Source: a virus (lineage: Duplodnaviria; Caudoviricetes). Taken from it: a stretch of DNA of 64,000 nt. Below, piece after piece: positions 58,822 to 64,000 of the stretch; the stretch's first letter is position 1; each line of letters opens with the position of its first letter. The stretch spans positions 32,001 to 96,000 of the IMG/VR virus record IMGVR_UViG_3300005711_000021; one strand, written 5' to 3'. Made by a program: the position numbers and the translations under genes. The notes under the pieces were generated by a model. It was not told where the DNA came from. It was given only the letters and a program-made list of their open reading frames with translations, and did not search any database.

Positions 58822-59046
58822 GTGATGCTAATGAGAGATAAGACAAAGAATGATCCATTAGGAGCACAAATTAATTGTCATAACTTTGATCAATGTCCAT
58901 TCTGTTATGGATGTAGAAACTATAATACAAGAGATACAGAATGTGAAGAATGCTTAAAAAATAAAAAGGTAAATCTATGTAAAGTAGAATTACATAAACC
59001 AGAACTTATCAGTAAAATGATTACTAGAACACGTATTGAACTTTAG
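58822..59046 (+). CDS. Small Cys-rich hypothetical protein
   Basis: CHNFDQCPFCYGC...CEEC...C (7 Cys in 74 aa). Start may be ATG 58831. Confidence 0.65.
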   Translation: MMLMRDKTKNDPLGAQINCHNFDQCPFCYGCRNYNTRDTECEECLKNKKVNLCKVELHKPELISKMITRTRIEL

Positions 59047-59059
59047 GGAGGATATTAAA

Positions 59060-59485
59060 ATGGAATATATTAAGAATGAAGGATTATTAAAATTTGTAGA
59101 AGAGCTTACAGCTAAATATGGTTCACCTGAAAAATTAGAAGTTGCAAATAAAGTAGCTTTTAACTTAGAAAAAATCTTAACACGTAAAAAGCTTTTAGTT
59201 GCTGGTGTACAACAAATGTTTATTGAAGTTCTTTTTGCAGCTGCTGCTGTACACAACTTATTTTATACAGAAGATGATTTAACATCTCTTTTTAAACTTA
59301 GACAAGTTGTTTATTCAAGTGATATGGAATATGATCCAGAACTTATTGAAGCTGTTCTACAAACAGTAGAAGCACAATTAGGAGAAGATTCTCCAGTTCC
59401 AATGTGTAAGCCAAGTGTTAATTCACCAACAGAAACATTTGCCCTTGCTTTATGGATTGCTAAAAACTATAATCCTCTTGCTTAA
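59060..59485 (+). CDS. Hypothetical protein, possibly a degenerate HD-domain fold
   Basis: ATG 59060 after GGGAGG (track start 59036). EVLFAAAAVHNL resembles the HD motif xxAALLHD with D->N. Confidence 0.55.
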   Translation: MEYIKNEGLLKFVEELTAKYGSPEKLEVANKVAFNLEKILTRKKLLVAGVQQMFIEVLFAAAAVHNLFYTEDDLTSLFKLRQVVYSSDMEYDPELIEAVLQTVEAQLGEDSPVPMCKPSVNSPTETFALALWIAKNYNPLA

Positions 59486-59503
59486 TGCAAGGGGTTTTAT
59501 TTT
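59474..59503 (+). terminator. Intrinsic terminator overlapping the stop codon
   Basis: CCTCTTGC-TTAAT-GCAAGGGG followed by TTTTATTTT. Confidence 0.75.
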
Positions 59504-59520
59504 AGGAGGAGATTAACAGT

Positions 59521-59712
59521 ATGAATCTAGTAATTAAACTAACTGAGAAAAAAAGAAAAAACAAAAGTGCAATGCTTATTCTAATCAAGAATAATAACGA
59601 TAGTTTTACAAGACGTATTTATACAGAAGATGATTATCTTTTATATAAGATGATGTATGGAGAAGATAATATTGAATTAATAGCTACAGGAGGGACCAAC
59701 ATATGCAATTGA
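59521..59712 (+). CDS. Hypothetical protein
   Basis: 63 aa, RBS AGGAGG. Confidence 0.6.
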   Translation: MNLVIKLTEKKRKNKSAMLILIKNNNDSFTRRIYTEDDYLLYKMMYGEDNIELIATGGTNICN

Positions 59713-60407
59713 CAGAACAACAATTATTTGAGTATATTCATTGTCCTGCTAAATACCATATTAAACATGTTATGAAAATTAATATTGCAGAACCTATCTC
59801 TATGCAAAAGCTATTAAATACAGTATCACGATATTTTTACTTAAACTTACTTAATGGAAGAGTTCCTACATTCAATGACCTTAGAAAAAAATGGGACAGT
59901 ATCTGTGAAACCTATTCAGACTATATGGATAATAAAAAGGTATTAGCAGGATGGGGACAAATTATTAAGTTTGCTCAATGGGCAGAACGAGATAAAATTA
60001 TAGTAGGTGATGTTGAAGCTAAATATATGTTTATGGTAGATAATGTTCAATTTACTGGTAATATAGAAACTATATTAATAAAACCTAATAAAGATATAGA
60101 ATTGCTTACTACTAGTTTTTCAGAAAAGAATCTAGATCGTACTGAAATAGATATGAAATTAAAACATACTATGGACTTTGTTGGTTTTAAAGGATTATAT
60201 GGTGTAGTACCTACAGGGATAAAAATTCATTCTGTAAAACATGACCAAGATCTATTTACAAATCGAACAGAACCAGATATTATTAGACTTAGGGATACAA
60301 TTAAGAATGTATCAAAAAGTATAGAACAAAGAATATTTTACCCAAGGGAAAGTTCATTCTGTAGTTCATGTACTGCAAGACAGTATTGTAAATACTGGCA
60401 TCAATAA
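59703..60407 (+). CDS. PD-(D/E)XK (AddB/Cas4-like) nuclease-fold protein with a 4-Cys cluster and degenerate active site
   Basis: N-terminal YIHCPAKY, C-terminal FYPR...CSSCTARQYC. Core FTGNIETI...IELLTTS aligns with GxIDxI...IxDYKT. Confidence 0.7.
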   Translation: MQLTEQQLFEYIHCPAKYHIKHVMKINIAEPISMQKLLNTVSRYFYLNLLNGRVPTFNDLRKKWDSICETYSDYMDNKKVLAGWGQIIKFAQWAERDKIIVGDVEAKYMFMVDNVQFTGNIETILIKPNKDIELLTTSFSEKNLDRTEIDMKLKHTMDFVGFKGLYGVVPTGIKIHSVKHDQDLFTNRTEPDIIRLRDTIKNVSKSIEQRIFYPRESSFCSSCTARQYCKYWHQ

Positions 60408-60425
60408 TAAAGGAGGTAATTACTA

Positions 60426-60548
60426 ATGGCTATTGAAATTAAAGAATATGTTGGACATGAGCCAAAACATGTTAAAGAAACAAAAACAACTACTAAAGAG
60501 CCTGTTAAAAAAGGTAATGTAACTAAAAAAGATACAAAGAAAAAGTAG
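60426..60548 (+). CDS. 40-aa Lys/Thr-rich small protein (not in ORF track)
   Basis: Strong RBS AAGGAGGT, ATG 60426, TAG 60546-60548. Sequence MAIEIKEYVGHEPKHVKETKTTTKEPVKKGNVTKKDTKKK. Fills the gap between its neighbours. Confidence 0.65.
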   Translation: MAIEIKEYVGHEPKHVKETKTTTKEPVKKGNVTKKDTKKK

Positions 60549-60557
60549 GGGAGAAAT

Positions 60558-61067
60558 ATGGCTAGCAAACTAATAACAAAAAAGACAACACGTACAAAAA
60601 CAAAAAAAGAGACAACGACAACAAAAAAGACTGGTCGCATCAAAGCAGTTAAAAAAACTGTAGATGACATCACTTTTGATTCAACAATGGAAGCTAATTA
60701 TTACGAATATTTAAAAGCAGAAAAAGCCGCAGGCAGAGTCTTATATTTTGAACTGCAACCTGAATATCAATTACTTGATAGCTATGTAAAATATGGTAGA
60801 AAAATTAGAGGGATCAAATATATCGCAGACTTCCTAGTTGTGTATGCAGATGAAACAGAAATTGTTATTGATGTTAAAGGTCGTGAAACAGATGACTTTA
60901 AACTCAAACGAAAAATGTTTGATGCTAAATATCCAGACTTAACTTTGAAGCTAATTACATATAATAAAACTACCGAAACATGGGTTGATTATGATGAGCT
61001 CAAAAAAACAAGAGCAAAAATCAAACGTGAAAAGAATAAGGCAGCCAAGGCTAAACTAGAAAGTTAA
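60558..61067 (+). CDS. DUF1064-family PD-(D/E)XK endonuclease (putative resolvase)
   Basis: KTVDDITFDSTMEANYY...ELQPEYQL...IKYIADFLV...VIDVKG..TDDFKLKRKMF. Confidence 0.85.
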   Translation: MASKLITKKTTRTKTKKETTTTKKTGRIKAVKKTVDDITFDSTMEANYYEYLKAEKAAGRVLYFELQPEYQLLDSYVKYGRKIRGIKYIADFLVVYADETEIVIDVKGRETDDFKLKRKMFDAKYPDLTLKLITYNKTTETWVDYDELKKTRAKIKREKNKAAKAKLES

Positions 61068-61088
61068 AAGACCAAGGGGGCCTATGTA

Positions 61089-61976
61089 TTGAATAGCGAC
61101 AATCATGATTTTATACAAACTCAAAGAGAAAAAGAATGGGGAGAAGTAGAAGATTTAGTTATGCTTTATCAAAAACAATTTGAAAAAGATGCAGACTATA
61201 AAACAATCGCTGCTGCAAAAGATGCAGCTGAAGAGCTATTAAAACGTTTCTCTCCATTATTTAAGAAATACTTGGTATTGCTACAAACAGGACAAATTGA
61301 CTACAATGACATTGAAACTAAATTATTTGTTTCTTCTTTTATAGAAGATGTTCGTTTACAAAAAGCTCTTAAACGTACAAAGCAAAAATATGAATTTAAA
61401 TCAGATATTTCTAAACGCTTTAAGTTTGTTATAGAAACTTATGGTGCCGCTTCTGAAGATGAAATCCTAATGGATCTCAAAATGATTTTCCTAGTTATTG
61501 CTAAACGTTATAAACAAATGGGTAGAACATTTTGCGGTTATCTCTATAATGCCTATCGTCATGAAGTATCAAGACATATAAAAAAATACATAAAGAATCC
61601 TATTAACATTCCTTATAAAATATTAGAATTTGAAGAATGTGTTAATGGAGATATAGATAAATCTATAGAAATAAGTTATGAAGATAAATATTATGAAAAT
61701 AGTACAGGTATTCCTGATTTAAATTGGATGTTAGGAAAAGATTGTTCTGAACTATTTGAAGAACTTAATCCTATAGATAGAAAAATACTTATTAAATATT
61801 ATTTAGAAGAATGGAACGACAGACAAATATCTGAAGCGTTCGGTATACATATAAATACAGTTAATCAAAAAAGAAGATTAGCAATACAAAAAATCGCAAA
61901 GAAATTAAGTATACAGAATAAAGACATAAAACGTAATAGACGTAGCGGTAAAAAAGCTATTTTACCAATTGTTTAG
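61089..61976 (+). CDS. Phage-encoded sigma70-family RNA polymerase sigma factor
   Basis: Region-2-like AAEELLKRFSPL and FLVIAKRYK...FCGYLY. Region-4 HTH LNPIDRKILIKYYLEEWNDRQISEAFGIHINTVNQKRRLAIQKI. TTG start. Confidence 0.75.
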   Translation: MNSDNHDFIQTQREKEWGEVEDLVMLYQKQFEKDADYKTIAAAKDAAEELLKRFSPLFKKYLVLLQTGQIDYNDIETKLFVSSFIEDVRLQKALKRTKQKYEFKSDISKRFKFVIETYGAASEDEILMDLKMIFLVIAKRYKQMGRTFCGYLYNAYRHEVSRHIKKYIKNPINIPYKILEFEECVNGDIDKSIEISYEDKYYENSTGIPDLNWMLGKDCSELFEELNPIDRKILIKYYLEEWNDRQISEAFGIHINTVNQKRRLAIQKIAKKLSIQNKDIKRNRRSGKKAILPIV

Positions 61977-61990
61977 AAAGGGATGATACT

Positions 61991-62488
61991 TTGTACTTTA
62001 AATATCTCAAATACGTTATTATACATAAATATTATGTTATGATAGAATGTTTTAAATTAGGTGTTCCTATAAGAGGAATATTACATGATTGGCACAAACT
62101 GTTACCTTCTGAATTTATTCCTTATGCTAGATACTTTTACGGAAGTTGGTATGAATGGAATAAGTTATCTGGTGAAATTAAAAATCATATCTCAACAAAA
62201 GATACTCAAGAATATGTTAATCAACAATTTGATATTGCTTGGTTAAAACATCAACATAGAGGAAAACATCATTGGCAGTATTGGGTATTAAAAGAAGATA
62301 GTGGTAAATTAATAGCTTTACCAATGCCTGAGAAATATCGTAAAGAAATGTTAGCAGATTGGATTGGTGCAGGAAAAGCTATTAATGGTAAAAATGATGT
62401 AAAAGAATGGTACTACAATAATAGACAAAATATGATATTACATCCTTATACAAAGTTTTGGATTGAAAAAGAATTAAAGTCTCTCTGA
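61991..62488 (+). CDS. HD-superfamily (DUF5662-like) protein
   Basis: HKYYV...LHDWHK...WLKHQHRGKHHWQYW...EMLADWIGA. Confidence 0.75.
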   Translation: MYFKYLKYVIIHKYYVMIECFKLGVPIRGILHDWHKLLPSEFIPYARYFYGSWYEWNKLSGEIKNHISTKDTQEYVNQQFDIAWLKHQHRGKHHWQYWVLKEDSGKLIALPMPEKYRKEMLADWIGAGKAINGKNDVKEWYYNNRQNMILHPYTKFWIEKELKSL

Positions 62489-62507
62489 TAAAGAGAGATT
62501 TTTTTTT
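62479..62507 (+). terminator. Intrinsic terminator
   Basis: GTCTCTCT-GATAA-AGAGAGAT followed by a long T tract. Confidence 0.8.
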
Positions 62508-62523
62508 ATTACTTTTTTTTCTA

Positions 62524-62552
62524 TTGCTTTTTATTTTATTAAGATGTATACT
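62524..62552 (+). promoter_or_regulatory. SigA-type promoter of the RHH-recJ operon
   Basis: TTGCTT-17 bp-TATACT. Confidence 0.65.
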
Positions 62553-62554
62553 AT

Positions 62555-62569
62555 ACGTACAACACGTAC
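62555..62569 (+). promoter_or_regulatory. Candidate operator ACGTAC-N3-ACGTAC, site 2
   Basis: ACGTAC-AAC-ACGTAC over the predicted transcription start and abutting the RBS AAGGAGG (62571-62577). Confidence 0.6.
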
Positions 62570-62588
62570 GAAGGAGGCATTTAAAAAA

Positions 62589-62780
62589 ATGACTTATCCT
62601 ATGGATTCAAATAAAAATACAAAAGTAAAATTCACAACTAACTTAACGGTAGATTGTTTAAAAAGTATTGATGAATTAAGTCATATTATAAAAGTAAAAA
62701 ATAGAAATGAAGTTATAGAATTCTTAGTTAAAAAGGAGATGTCAAAATATGAAGTGGATAAAAAAAGAGATTCCAACTGA
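62589..62780 (+). CDS. Ribbon-helix-helix (CopG/Arc-like) DNA-binding protein
   Basis: ATG 62589 after AAGGAGG (track start 62544 is too far upstream). Strand KVKFTTNL, helix VDCLKSIDELSH, helix NRNEVIEFLVKKE. Confidence 0.65.
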   Translation: MTYPMDSNKNTKVKFTTNLTVDCLKSIDELSHIIKVKNRNEVIEFLVKKEMSKYEVDKKRDSN

Positions 62781-64000
62781 AATCATTAAACAGATTTCAG
62801 CTAAATATGAAATTAATGAAACACTTGCACAAGTACTTTTAAATAGAGGTCTTGATGAAGAAAAGATTAATATGGTAATCAATAACATACATGAAGCAAT
62901 GATTGATCCAACTTTACTTACTAATGCTTCTTTAGCTTCTGAAAGAATTTATACTTATTTAAATGACCCAAAAGCTTATATTATCGTCAGAGCAGATTAT
63001 GACGTAGATGGTCTTACATCTGGTTACATATTAGGTCAGACGTTAAGAGATTTAGGTAAGTGTAAAGTAGATGTATCTTATCCTGAACGTTCTGATGGGT
63101 ATGGTCTTAGAAAAGAATTTTGTGAAGCAGTTATTGATTATAAACTTAAAAGCGGTATTGAAAGAGTACTTCTTATTACAGTAGATAATGGTATTACAGC
63201 AGTAGATGAAGTAGAACTTCTTCAAAGTGCTGATATAGAAGTTATTATTACTGACCACCATTTACCTAAAGAAATTCTTCCTAATTGTATTATCGTTGAT
63301 CCTCATGCAGATGAAGAAGATATATTTAATCATTTAGCTGGATGTGGTGTTGCTTTTAAAGTATCACAACTTATTGCAAGATTATTTGATAACGAAAGCT
63401 ATATGAATAATTTATTAGCACCACTTGCTATTGGGACGATTGCAGATATGATGCCTATGTCATTAGAAAACATTGCTTTTTGTATCTATGGATTAGCACA
63501 AATTAATAGCGAAGATTGTCCAATTGGTCTTAAAGCTCTTAAAGAATATCTTGGGAAAGAATCATTAAGTTTCTCAGATATTGGATGGGAAGTGGCTCCT
63601 AGATTAAATGCTTGTGGACGCATGGGTGATGTACAATTAGCATCTAGATTATTCTTTACGAATGATATGGACTATGACACTATTATGGATGATATAGTTG
63701 TTGAAATAGATAGAATGAATAATGACCGTAAAGAACTTACTGAAGAAAAAACAAAAGAAGCTTTTAATCAAATATCAGAAGAAGATCATATTCAATTAGC
63801 TATTCTTAATGATTGTAAAGAAGGTATTGCAGGTGTTGTTGCTAATAAGATTATTGCAGAATATCAAAGACCTATTGTTGTTCTTGTTAAGAGTGAAAAC
63901 TGCTATGTAGGTTCTGCTAGAAGTACATCAGCATGTAGTATTCAAGATATCTTAAAACAAGAATTTGAAAAAGGTAATGTTATGGCTTATGGTGGTCATG
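62749..64000 (+). CDS. recJ: Single-stranded DNA-specific exonuclease RecJ (3' truncated; not in ORF track)
   Basis: ATG 62749 after AAGGAG. MKWIKK...AQVLLNRG, DYDVDGLTS, PERSDGYGL, LITVDNG, IITDHH, LAGCGVAFK, IGTIADMMP, APRLNACGR, GSARS, GGH at the window end. Confidence 0.92.
   Translation, partial: MKWIKKEIPTEIIKQISAKYEINETLAQVLLNRGLDEEKINMVINNIHEAMIDPTLLTNASLASERIYTYLNDPKAYIIVRADYDVDGLTSGYILGQTLRDLGKCKVDVSYPERSDGYGLRKEFCEAVIDYKLKSGIERVLLITVDNGITAVDEVELLQSADIEVIITDHHLPKEILPNCIIVDPHADEEDIFNHLAGCGVAFKVSQLIARLFDNESYMNNLLAPLAIGTIADMMPMSLENIAFCIYGLAQINSEDCPIGLKALKEYLGKESLSFSDIGWEVAPRLNACGRMGDVQLASRLFFTNDMDYDTIMDDIVVEIDRMNNDRKELTEEKTKEAFNQISEEDHIQLAILNDCKEGIAGVVANKIIAEYQRPIVVLVKSENCYVGSARSTSACSIQDILKQEFEKGNVMAYGGH

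Noticed and set aside
2617-63261. All minus-strand ORFs in the track (e.g. 4606-4923, 39707-40411, 41990-42328, 52263-52592, 63052-63261)
   Set aside because: They lie antisense to long, well-supported + strand genes, have no recognisable motifs, and are explained as shadows of biased or repetitive codon usage.
1-64000. Stop-codon reassignment (alternative genetic code) as in some gut jumbo phages
   Set aside because: Coding density is near complete under code 11, and TAA, TAG and TGA all end genes directly before the next RBS or a terminator.
1-64000. CRISPR array, tRNA/rRNA genes, integrase or transposase
   Set aside because: No regularly spaced repeat-spacer pattern, no cloverleaf with T-loop consensus in the few short intergenic gaps, and no recombinase/transposase motifs seen. 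The Cas4-like gene has no cas neighbours.

Overview
This window is part of a large, AT-rich tailed-phage genome, most likely a myovirus or jumbo phage of a Bacillota host (GGAGG Shine-Dalgarno sites, SigA-type promoters, BhlA/UviB-like holin, M23 peptidase). All real genes are on the + strand and use standard code 11. Positions 1-55631 are a virion morphogenesis block: three giant proteins (>=1983, ~2861 and 3152 aa), a holin-like gene, spike/M23 lysin, gp25-like and baseplate-J-like genes, and many baseplate, fibre and unknown structural genes. Positions 55655-64000 are a replication/regulation block: AEP-type primase, DnaB-like helicase, PD-(D/E)XK proteins, a phage sigma factor, an HD-like protein, an RHH regulator and a truncated recJ. 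The main finding is the 6.7-15.3 kb protein. It carries a complete DEDDh 3'-5' exonuclease motif set fused to an apparent single-chain two-barrel RNA polymerase (beta-like KM-x6-KG plus beta'-like RxP...DYDGD) and ends in a hydrophobic helix, sitting between two nuclease-domain-bearing giant virion proteins. Other findings are a shared ACGTAC-N3-ACGTAC operator downstream of two SigA promoters (one in front of the RHH gene), a 17-bp palindromic motif in two intergenic regions, an ~89-nt structured intergenic element and a recent 252-bp domain duplication between adjacent tail genes. All family assignments come from motif recognition by eye; no database searches were run. Residue numbers refer to the supplied ORF translations.
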